IMG/VR virus record: IMGVR_UViG_3300043399_000055
Span: 1 to 24,772 of that record
Length of the DNA: 24,772 nucleotides
Source of the DNA: a virus
Taxonomy: Duplodnaviria; Caudoviricetes
Strand: one strand, 5' to 3'
Shown here: positions 17,464 to 24,772 of the stretch, one piece after another
Layout: every line of letters begins with the position of its first letter
Position numbering within the stretch: position 1 is the first letter of the stretch
Notes under the pieces: generated by a model
What the model was told of the DNA's origin: nothing
Seen by the model: only the letters and a program-made list of their open reading frames with translations
Database searches by the model: none
Translations under genes and position numbers: made by a program

Positions 17464-19110
17464 ATGGTGCAACTCTTTGGCTTTGAAATAGGCCGCGTCA
17501 AGCAAAAACAAGATGATGAAAGAAACAAATCGTTTGCCCTTCCGCAAAATGATGACGGAGCGGTAACGATTCAATCTGGTGCCTACTATGGCACTTATGT
17601 TGATCTTGATGGCGTGGTTCGTAATGAAATTGAGTTAATTACTCGCTATCGTGAACTGTCGATGCAGCCTGAGGTTGAGACTGCGGTTGATGAAATTGTC
17701 AATGAAGCTATTGTCAATGATGACAATAGTAAAGGTGTTGAACTGAACCTTGATGATCTTAAGCAACCAGAAGCAATCAAAAAGAAAATCATTGATGAGT
17801 TTGACTACATTCTAAAGTTACTTAACTTTGGCAACATGGGTCATGATATTTTCCGTCGTTGGTATATCGATGGTCGCATGTTCTATCATGTCTTAGTTGA
17901 TGAGGCTAATACAGCAAAAGGTATTCAAGAACTTCGTTACGTTGATCCAAGAAGAATCCGTAAAATTCGTGAAGTTCAAAAGACAAAAGATCCAGCAACA
18001 GGTATGGAAATTGTCAAGAGCGTTCGTGAGTATTATATCTACAACGAACGTGGTGTAGTCGGTGCCCACTCAAACATGGGCATGAAGATTGCAGTAGATT
18101 CCGTAGTAAACGTAAATTCTGGTCTTATGGATGCAAAGAGAGCAATGGTTCTCTCATACTTGCATAAGGCCATCAAACCATTTAACAATCTGAGAATGGT
18201 CGAAGATGCCACAGTCATCTATCGACTTTCCCGTGCACCTGAACGTAGAGTATTCTATGTAGATGTTGGAAACATGCCAACGATTAAGGCTGAACAATAT
18301 CTAAAAGACATTATGACCAAATATCGCAACAAGCTGGTATATGATTCAACGACCGGCGAAATTAAAGATGATCGTAAGCATCTTTCTATGTTGGAAGATT
18401 TTTGGTTGCCTCGTCGTGAAGGTTCACGCGGTACAGAAATTACCACGCTTCCTGGTGGTATGAACCTAGGCGAACTTGAAGACGTTAAGTATTTTGAAAA
18501 GAAACTCTACAAGTCTCTTGGTGTTCCTACTTCTCGTCTTGAGCCATCACAAGGGTTCTCATTAGGACGAACAACAGAAATCACCAGAGATGAACTTAAG
18601 TTTTCTAAGTTTGTGGGTCGTCTTCGCAATAAGTTTGCAGGTTTATTTGATGATCTTCTACGCATACAGCTTGTTCTCAAGAAAGTATGCACGGAAGAAG
18701 AATGGAATGAATTTAAAGAAAATATTTGGTACGATTTCAAACAAGATAACAACTTCTCTGAACTTAAAGAAGCCGAACTCTTAACAAATCGTCTTACCCT
18801 TTTGCAAGTTGTAGATCCTTATGTCGGTCGCTACTACTCAAAAGAATGGGTTCGCAAGAATGTTCTTCAACAAACAGATGAAGACATTATGGAAATTGAC
18901 GAACAGATCGCTAAAGAAGCGGAAGAAGCGGCACCTGCTACCGATCAAATGGGCAACCCAATTGATCCTGCAACAGGTCAACCTATTCAACAGCAACAGC
19001 CAGCGGTAGATCAGATGGGTAATCTAATTGATCCTGCAACCGGTCAACCAGTTGAACAGGCACCGCCACCAAAATTTTCTATAAGTTCAAATGATATGGA
19101 AGCGGCATGA
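17464..19110 (+). CDS. gp20: Portal vertex protein gp20
   Basis: FRRWYIDGR...LRYVDPRRI...LSYLHKAIKP...EDATVIYRLSRAPERRVFYVDVGNMP...MLEDFWLPRREG...EITTLPGG...EITRDELKF. Confidence 0.98.
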   Translation: MVQLFGFEIGRVKQKQDDERNKSFALPQNDDGAVTIQSGAYYGTYVDLDGVVRNEIELITRYRELSMQPEVETAVDEIVNEAIVNDDNSKGVELNLDDLKQPEAIKKKIIDEFDYILKLLNFGNMGHDIFRRWYIDGRMFYHVLVDEANTAKGIQELRYVDPRRIRKIREVQKTKDPATGMEIVKSVREYYIYNERGVVGAHSNMGMKIAVDSVVNVNSGLMDAKRAMVLSYLHKAIKPFNNLRMVEDATVIYRLSRAPERRVFYVDVGNMPTIKAEQYLKDIMTKYRNKLVYDSTTGEIKDDRKHLSMLEDFWLPRREGSRGTEITTLPGGMNLGELEDVKYFEKKLYKSLGVPTSRLEPSQGFSLGRTTEITRDELKFSKFVGRLRNKFAGLFDDLLRIQLVLKKVCTEEEWNEFKENIWYDFKQDNNFSELKEAELLTNRLTLLQVVDPYVGRYYSKEWVRKNVLQQTDEDIMEIDEQIAKEAEEAAPATDQMGNPIDPATGQPIQQQQPAVDQMGNLIDPATGQPVEQAPPPKFSISSNDMEAA

Positions 19111-19940
19111 AGAAGTTTGGTCAGTTTGTCAAAGAAGACTTGACAGGTGCATTAGTTGAACCACAATCAAATGCTTCACAAGAAGCTAAAAGATTAGGTT
19201 TGACTTATGTTGGTTTTGGTCGCTATGAAGATCAAACTGGACAAGTTACACACGTTGTTCAAAACGATAAATTAATTCCGTTTTCAAAAGCTATTCGTTC
19301 TAAATCATATAAAGATTTTAGTGCTGATGATTATGGTGACTATACAAAAAATATGCAAGGTGATGTAGCACAACTACAGACAGACTTGACAAATGCATAT
19401 GCACCAGAAAACTATGATAACAATGAACTAGATGCTATCAAAGCATATACAGATTCAGCATATTATGATGTTAATCAAAAGTTAGCAAGTTTGCCTGCTG
19501 GTATTCCTGCTAATCAAATTCAACCAGAATATGATGGTGACAATAGACCACAAATTGTGGCTGCTTTAGATTCCGCAGTTACAAAAGTTGGTGCACCAGT
19601 AGATTTTATTGGATACGTCGGTCTTGGATCAGATAATGATCCTCTTGCCTTACAATCGGCTAAGAAGTTAAAGTTTAAAGGTTTTAGATCAATTACGATA
19701 GACCCAAATGTGGTCTTACAATCAGGTGATACTACAGTTTTGCAGATTAGGGTCAAAGCAGGTAGCGCAGGTATGTATTTGGATGACTATTCATCTGTGC
19801 CTGGTGAAGGTGAGTTTCTTTTACCAAGAGCCAGTCAAATTAGAATAGCAGCAGGTCCAAATAAGTTATCTGGTAGTCATGCAGGCTTACAAGATCCAAA
19901 TAAACAAATTATCATCTATGATTGTGAATTGGTAAAATAA
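19107..19940 (+). CDS. ADP-ribosyltransferase-fold (VIP2/C2/Alt-like) putative internal head protein with a degenerate active site
   Basis: ELDAIKAYT...YYDVNQKL...LDSAV...YVG...KGFRSIT...VLQIRVKAG...GEGEFLLPR matches the ART layout. The N-terminal MKKFGQFVKE resembles the T4 internal-protein capsid targeting sequence. ATGA-coupled to the portal. Confidence 0.8.
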   Translation: MKKFGQFVKEDLTGALVEPQSNASQEAKRLGLTYVGFGRYEDQTGQVTHVVQNDKLIPFSKAIRSKSYKDFSADDYGDYTKNMQGDVAQLQTDLTNAYAPENYDNNELDAIKAYTDSAYYDVNQKLASLPAGIPANQIQPEYDGDNRPQIVAALDSAVTKVGAPVDFIGYVGLGSDNDPLALQSAKKLKFKGFRSITIDPNVVLQSGDTTVLQIRVKAGSAGMYLDDYSSVPGEGEFLLPRASQIRIAAGPNKLSGSHAGLQDPNKQIIIYDCELVK

Positions 19941-19948
19941 TATAAATA
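19941..19948 (+). promoter_or_regulatory. T4-type late promoter
   Basis: Perfect TATAAATA, followed by GGAGG (19956-19960) and ATG 19970. Confidence 0.85.
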
Positions 19949-19969
19949 ACCGAATGGAGGACAAGTAAA

Positions 19970-20119
19970 ATGCATATTCAAGAGGGTATCAAGAATATTC
20001 GTGAGAAAAAGTTAGAGCAAATGAAAGAAAACTTCAATGCTGCATTGACAATGAAAGCCATGCAGAAACTTGAAGAAAAGAAGATTTCTATTGCTAGTAA
20101 CTACTTTGGAAAGAAGTAA
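19970..20119 (+). CDS. gp67: 49-aa gp67-like prohead core protein (absent from the ORF track)
   Basis: MHIQEGIKNIREKKLEQMKENFNAALTMKAMQKLEEKKISIASNYFGKK*. It has its own promoter and strong Shine-Dalgarno, and sits at the T4 gene 67 position after gp20. Confidence 0.75.
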   Translation: MHIQEGIKNIREKKLEQMKENFNAALTMKAMQKLEEKKISIASNYFGKK

Positions 20120-20125
20120 TTCATT

Positions 20126-22414
20126 ATGAAAAAACTCGGACAAATTAGAGAACAATACGACCTTATTACTGAAAAGGAAGAAGCTGAGTCGCGCAAGTTG
20201 ACTACGCTTGTTCGTGCTGGTTTGTTCGATCCTAAGAAACTACCAATGCTTAAGAGAGCCTTGTCTAAAGACGCTAAAGACATGACTCCAGCAGAGCGTA
20301 AAATCCTTATCGAACTTCTCGACAGCCTCATGGCAGAAGTTCTACAATCTCCTCAGGTCTATTCTAAAGTCAAGCAGAGCGTTGCTATGAAAGAAGAAAA
20401 AGACTTTGAATATGAGATGGCTCGTTCTGAGTTAAAGGCTCTTATTGCTGACGCACAAAAGATACTTTCTCAACTTAAAGGTGAGGGTAATCTTGAAGCA
20501 TGGGTTCAATCTAAGATTACAAAAGCTGCTGACTACATTAGCGCAGCTTCGGATAATCTTGAACATTCAGATTCAAAACTTGATGAAGCTAAAGCATTTG
20601 ATGGCTATTACTCAAAGTATGATCCTCGCTACACAAAGATGCCTACTGAGCGAGAAATTCCTACAATCATCATTCTTAAGCGCAAAGCTATTCGCATCTA
20701 TCCAGACAATCAAAAGGTAGCTCTTTACTACTCACAAGCCCTCGACAAATATGTAACAATTCCATTTGGCACCTTTGATGGCGGAACAGTTAACGAAGAA
20801 ATTAAATCTGATGATGAAGATGACAATCCATATATTGCAAAATCAGAATACACCAGATATAAGGATAAAAAAACTGCTGCTCAAATAGCCAGAATGAAAG
20901 GTTCCCTTGATAAAATGAAAGGGAAAATGGCTAGAGGTGAATATGAAGGTAGAGGAAAAAAATCTTTAAAATCTGCACAGGATAGTATTAAAGGTCATGA
21001 AGCTGTTTTAGCCAAAGCTATTGATAAAGCTCCAAAAGAAACCGTTACAAAAAAAGTTGATCTGTCTAAAAAGAATCCATCTCAACTATCTAATGCCAAC
21101 TATCTAAGATTGATGAAAGGTGTTGCTAGAGATCCTGAAATGGGTATAAGCGGCAGAATTGGAACAGCAATTGGTCTAACGGCAAGACGAGTTGTTGATA
21201 GAACTGCCGGCGCTCTAATGAAAAAAGGTTTAGATAAGGTAAATACCGCTTTTGAAGAAACTGATACCAAATCTAAATTTTATGCTAAAAGACAAAAGCA
21301 ATTAGATGAGGCGGTGCCTCTAGTTCTAGCACCAGTAATTCCGCCTGCCTTAGCCGCAGCAAGAGCATTACTACCTCACGCAATAGGTGCATTTGCAGCA
21401 GGTGCGGCTGGTAAAACTGCTTATGATTATTCAAAAAAGAAAAAATCTTCTACTAAAGTTCCTCCCGTAGATATTGAAAAATCTCTGCCAGCCAAGCCTG
21501 CTTATCCTAAAGCAGAAGACTTACCTAAAGAATTAAGAACAAACACTGTAAAGTTAACAGCAACTAAGCCTGTGGATATCGAAAAGTCCATGCCAGCCAA
21601 GCCTGCTTATCCTAAAGCAGAAGACTTACCTAAAGAATTGAAGGCTGAGCCTGCAAAATCTATTGCTATTGCTGAACCACAAGTTAAAACTCCGGCTGCT
21701 GTTCCTGTTGCGGGTGCAGTTAATGTTCCTAAAGATGTAAAAGATGTATCTACAGCCGCACAACAGGCCTCACTAGCACAAACAAAGTCAACATCAGGCA
21801 CAAAAAAAGATGCTCAGGCTAAAGCCGACACTAAAACAACACCAAACAATCAAAGTCTAAGAAATAGAAAAGGTGGTCGTAGATTAGGTGTACCTGATAT
21901 TGATATACCATCTTTTAGCATTGCTAGAGAATATAAACCACCAAAAGATTTTACGATGACCGTAAAAACTAGCGAACCTAAAGCAACAGTTCGCACTGGT
22001 GTTCAATCGAGAGATACGTCATTATATAGAAAATCAATGCAACAAAATGAACAGTTTATTGGTCAAAAAGAAAGATTAGAAAGAACTAAAGAATTTGATC
22101 TTGCCAAAAGATTAAAATTGGCTGGCACAAAAGGAAATGTAAGAACTGGAGTTGATGCTAGAGATGCTATTCTCTATAGAAAGTCAATGCAGCAAAATGA
22201 GTCGGTATTGCAACAGCTCTATTCTATGAATGAAAATGAAGAAAAACTCATTCAAATAGGTAATGAATCCGTTCTTATAAATAACAATATAGCTAAAAAA
22301 GTTATTGGTGTTTATGAATCTGTAAACAAAGATAACAAAGAAAAGATTGAAGGTATGCTCAATGAAAGCATCGATTCATTTAAAAAGATTTTAAGTTTTG
22401 CAGCAAGGCAGTAA
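20126..22414 (+). CDS. 762-aa modular, Lys-rich putative internal head/prohead core (poly)protein
   Basis: MKKLGQIRE...LITE N-terminus. Compositionally distinct modules are separated by LDE/VNE/MKE/QNE motifs, and there are two internal duplications. Located in the prohead core cluster. Confidence 0.65.
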   Translation: MKKLGQIREQYDLITEKEEAESRKLTTLVRAGLFDPKKLPMLKRALSKDAKDMTPAERKILIELLDSLMAEVLQSPQVYSKVKQSVAMKEEKDFEYEMARSELKALIADAQKILSQLKGEGNLEAWVQSKITKAADYISAASDNLEHSDSKLDEAKAFDGYYSKYDPRYTKMPTEREIPTIIILKRKAIRIYPDNQKVALYYSQALDKYVTIPFGTFDGGTVNEEIKSDDEDDNPYIAKSEYTRYKDKKTAAQIARMKGSLDKMKGKMARGEYEGRGKKSLKSAQDSIKGHEAVLAKAIDKAPKETVTKKVDLSKKNPSQLSNANYLRLMKGVARDPEMGISGRIGTAIGLTARRVVDRTAGALMKKGLDKVNTAFEETDTKSKFYAKRQKQLDEAVPLVLAPVIPPALAAARALLPHAIGAFAAGAAGKTAYDYSKKKKSSTKVPPVDIEKSLPAKPAYPKAEDLPKELRTNTVKLTATKPVDIEKSMPAKPAYPKAEDLPKELKAEPAKSIAIAEPQVKTPAAVPVAGAVNVPKDVKDVSTAAQQASLAQTKSTSGTKKDAQAKADTKTTPNNQSLRNRKGGRRLGVPDIDIPSFSIAREYKPPKDFTMTVKTSEPKATVRTGVQSRDTSLYRKSMQQNEQFIGQKERLERTKEFDLAKRLKLAGTKGNVRTGVDARDAILYRKSMQQNESVLQQLYSMNENEEKLIQIGNESVLINNNIAKKVIGVYESVNKDNKEKIEGMLNESIDSFKKILSFAARQ
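21486..21639 (+). repeat. Exact 49-bp intragenic direct repeat (105-bp offset)
   Basis: tgccagccaagcctgcttatcctaaagcagaagacttacctaaagaatt at 21486-21534 and 21591-21639 (PAKPAYPKAEDLPKEL twice). Confidence 0.95.
22276..22283 (+). promoter_or_regulatory. Possible internal late promoter
   Basis: Perfect TATAAATA inside the 762-aa gene, about 135 bp upstream of ATG 22418. Could be chance in AT-rich DNA. Confidence 0.4.
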
Positions 22415-22417
22415 AAG

Positions 22418-22924
22418 ATGGCTAACGTAATTAGAGAACAAAGACTTATTGATAGCAACAAGAGAGCGTTGATTAAGTATGTCATGCTTCTTGATACTGC
22501 TGTAGCAAATTCTACACTTGTAGATGCATCATCACTACAGTTTGCTCTCAATACAAATGGTTATATCATGAGTTCTAATACAGATCCAAAAGGTCTTTAT
22601 AGAACATCAATCAAAAGAATTTTTGGTACCGCCAAAGCCAATGCTTACATCAAACTACAATGGCAAGCTAATGGTTCTAACTCAGAGATTGTAACTATTC
22701 CATCAGGCGGTTTTGACTTTGACTTTCAAAGCATGGGTGATGGTGCAACAATTTCTAATCCAGAAGCCGCTGCAAACGGTGATATTCTTCTTACAGTAGT
22801 AACACCATCATCAGCCGATGCAGTAACACTTTTCATCGATCTACGCAAAGACGGTAGAGATTATGACTCAGGTCAGACGGCCGATCCAGTAGCGTTTAAC
22901 AGAGGACCAGCAGCCTTCTCATGA
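22418..22924 (+). CDS. Hypothetical protein of the head assembly cluster (predicted beta-rich, possibly structural)
   Basis: 168-aa ORF closely coupled on both sides. No function recognised. Confidence 0.7.
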   Translation: MANVIREQRLIDSNKRALIKYVMLLDTAVANSTLVDASSLQFALNTNGYIMSSNTDPKGLYRTSIKRIFGTAKANAYIKLQWQANGSNSEIVTIPSGGFDFDFQSMGDGATISNPEAAANGDILLTVVTPSSADAVTLFIDLRKDGRDYDSGQTADPVAFNRGPAAFS

Positions 22925-23427
22925 GCAACTTAGTAGAACAAATCCTCACAAAAGATTATCAATCAGCAGAACTTAGTCTTGAAGAAAGTTTCAAAGCCAT
23001 CTTAGAACGTAAGATGTGTGAAATGAAAAAGAAAGTTGCTGCAAAGAACCTCATGGAACTTCCTCATGATGTTCGTATGAAACGTCTTAAGATGGACGTT
23101 TTAGAAGCCACATATGAAGACGAAAAAGAAGATAAAGAAGATGATGGTGAAGATGATAAGTCTGATAAAGAAGAAGGTATATATGAGGCTCGCATCAACA
23201 TTGTAAAGGCTCGTATTCGCGGTGGTAAAATTCAACGCCGCAAGAAAGTATCTAATGTTGCAGGTATGACGATGCGTGGTGGTAAACTTACTCGCATGTC
23301 ACCATCAGAGCGTCGTCGCCGTAAGTTAGGTGCTAAGAAAGCAGCCAGAAAATCAAGAGCTAAAAAGTCACAAATGCTCCGTAAGCGCAAAATGTCGCTT
23401 ATGAAAAGACAAAGATTAGGACTATAA
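22921..23427 (+). CDS. gp68: Prohead core protein gp68-like with a gp67-like N-terminal helix
   Basis: Very basic C-terminus (SERRRRKLGAKKAARK...RKRKMSLMKRQRLGL) as in gp68, preceded by an acidic linker. Directly upstream of gp21. Confidence 0.8.
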   Translation: MSNLVEQILTKDYQSAELSLEESFKAILERKMCEMKKKVAAKNLMELPHDVRMKRLKMDVLEATYEDEKEDKEDDGEDDKSDKEEGIYEARINIVKARIRGGKIQRRKKVSNVAGMTMRGGKLTRMSPSERRRRKLGAKKAARKSRAKKSQMLRKRKMSLMKRQRLGL

Positions 23428-23429
23428 AG

Positions 23430-24077
23430 ATGAAACTTATTTCAGAAGAAGTATTAGATATTAGATACCTTGTAGAAGAAAATGGTAAAGGTGGCAAAGA
23501 CTACTTTATCGAAGGTATCTTTATGCAGGCTGAACGTAAGAACCGCAATGGTCGCGTTTATCCTAACCAAGTTCTTGCAAAAGAAGTGGATAGATATAAT
23601 AGAGATTATGTGACTAAGAACAGAGCCTTTGGTGAACTAGGTCATCCTGATTCACCAACAATCAATTTGGATCGTGTATCACACATGATCACAAAGCTAT
23701 ATCCCGATGGTAATAACTTCATCGGTAAAGCAAAAATACTGGATACTCCAAACGGTAAAATTGTGAAGAGTTTGTTAGATGGTGGAGCCAGTCTCGGCGT
23801 TTCAACAAGAGGTGTAGGGTCTCTTAAGCCAGCGAACGGGTTTCAACTCGTTCAAGACGATTTTCATTTAGCTACAGCGGCAGACATTGTAGCAGATCCT
23901 TCAGCACCAGAAGCCTTCGTAAGAGGTATCATGGAAGGTGCAGAATGGATCCTTGTAAATGGAAAATGGACACAGCAGCATTACGATACTGCTAAAAAAA
24001 TGATTAATGAAGCTCACAGAAATGATGTTGAAGCCGTGGCTTTACAAGTGTTTCAGAATTTCATCTCAAAACTCTAA
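23430..24077 (+). CDS. gp21: Prohead core protease gp21
   Basis: IEGIFMQAERKNRNGRVYP...AFGELGHP...INLDRVSH...ILDTPNG...LGVSTRGVGSL...DIVADPSAPEAFV. Confidence 0.98.
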   Translation: MKLISEEVLDIRYLVEENGKGGKDYFIEGIFMQAERKNRNGRVYPNQVLAKEVDRYNRDYVTKNRAFGELGHPDSPTINLDRVSHMITKLYPDGNNFIGKAKILDTPNGKIVKSLLDGGASLGVSTRGVGSLKPANGFQLVQDDFHLATAADIVADPSAPEAFVRGIMEGAEWILVNGKWTQQHYDTAKKMINEAHRNDVEAVALQVFQNFISKL

Positions 24078-24081
24078 GTTA

Positions 24082-24089
24082 TATAAATA
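24082..24089 (+). promoter_or_regulatory. T4-type late promoter
   Basis: Perfect TATAAATA, with AAGGAG at 24099-24104 and ATG 24114. Confidence 0.85.
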
Positions 24090-24113
24090 ATACAGAAAAA
24101 GGAGTATTCTAAT

Positions 24114-24772
24114 ATGGGTAAGTCTCTTACAGATGTAGCAAAGCAAATTTTGATGGCCGAGTCAAATGACTCCGCTCCAGACCGCGATGCTAAGTCAACA
24201 ACACCAAACAAATCAAGCCTAAAGCCTGGTTCAAAGGCTGTTGAGGCACCTTTTGCCAATCCAGGTTCAATGGCACCAACTGAAAAGGCTGCTCTTGTTG
24301 ATACAGCGCCAGTTACCGTTCCTGGTGCAACAACTAAGAAAGATACATCAGGTTCTTCTCAGTCACGCAAGGGTGCAGAAGCAGGTGAGCAGAAACCAGT
24401 CAAGACAGCCGGCGCTAAGACAAGCGAAGCTGAATTAATGGAAGATGATGCTACAATCGCAGACGCAGAAGTTATGGAAGAAGAAATTGAAATCTCAGAA
24501 GAACTAGAAAACTTCATCGCTGAAAAGATGGAAGAAGGTCTATCTGAGGAAGAAATTGCTGCTGCTATCGAAGAAAATTTTGAACTTGTATCGGAAGATG
24601 CCAAAGTTGTATCAGAAGATACTGGTTATCAGCCAGATATGTCAGAAGCTATTGAAGCTCTCTTTGCTGGTGAAGAACTTTCAGAAGATTTCAAGTTGAA
24701 AGCAACAACAATCTTTGAAGCCGCTGTTAAGGCTAAGGTTGATGAAGAAATTGCTCGCATTGAAGAAGCCTA
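24114..24772 (+). CDS. gp22: Prohead core scaffold gp22 (3'-partial; absent from the ORF track)
   Basis: Open frame MGKSLTDVAKQILMAES... with an acidic stretch and ALFAGEELSEDFKLKATTIFEAAVKAKV, typical of gp22. Follows gp21. Confidence 0.92.
   Translation, partial: MGKSLTDVAKQILMAESNDSAPDRDAKSTTPNKSSLKPGSKAVEAPFANPGSMAPTEKAALVDTAPVTVPGATTKKDTSGSSQSRKGAEAGEQKPVKTAGAKTSEAELMEDDATIADAEVMEEEIEISEELENFIAEKMEEGLSEEEIAAAIEENFELVSEDAKVVSEDTGYQPDMSEAIEALFAGEELSEDFKLKATTIFEAAVKAKVDEEIARIEEA

Noticed and set aside
6-24604. Other short overlapping ORFs in the track (e.g. 1894-2289, 14077-14370, 15796-16164, 16374-16736, 24241-24438, 24359-24604)
   Set aside because: All lie within well-supported + strand genes and show no recognisable motifs or evident independent start signals.
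1-24772. Stop-codon reassignment, tRNA or rRNA genes
   Set aside because: Core genes translate full-length in the standard code. Intergenic gaps are short and show no cloverleaf or rRNA-like sequence.

Overview
The window is one + strand late (virion morphogenesis) region of an AT-rich, T4-like contractile-tailed phage. The left 9.7 kb is a variable fibre/adhesin block: a long mosaic fibre running off the left edge, three paralogous LamG/concanavalin-A-like genes, a second fibre with an S74-type chaperone domain, a small acidic protein, a glycine-rich adhesin-like protein and a probable gene remnant. The conserved T4 core follows in canonical order: gp13, (free-standing GIY-YIG homing endonuclease), gp14, gp15, gp16, gp17, gp18, gp19, gp20. 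Between portal (gp20) and prohead protease (gp21) lies an expanded cassette: an ADP-ribosyltransferase-fold protein with a capsid-targeting-like N-terminus and a degenerate R-S-E motif, a 49-aa gp67-like ORF missing from the ORF track, a 762-aa modular protein punctuated by gp21-type cleavage motifs, a hypothetical protein and a gp67/gp68-like protein. gp22 starts at 24114 and runs off the right edge. T4-type late promoters (TATAAATA) and a terminator after gp19 are visible. The best candidates for undescribed systems are (i) the putative head-packaged, protease-processed cargo cassette and (ii) the LamG array, with conserved ends, divergent cores and an exact 58-bp direct repeat. All family calls come from motif recognition by eye; no searches were run.
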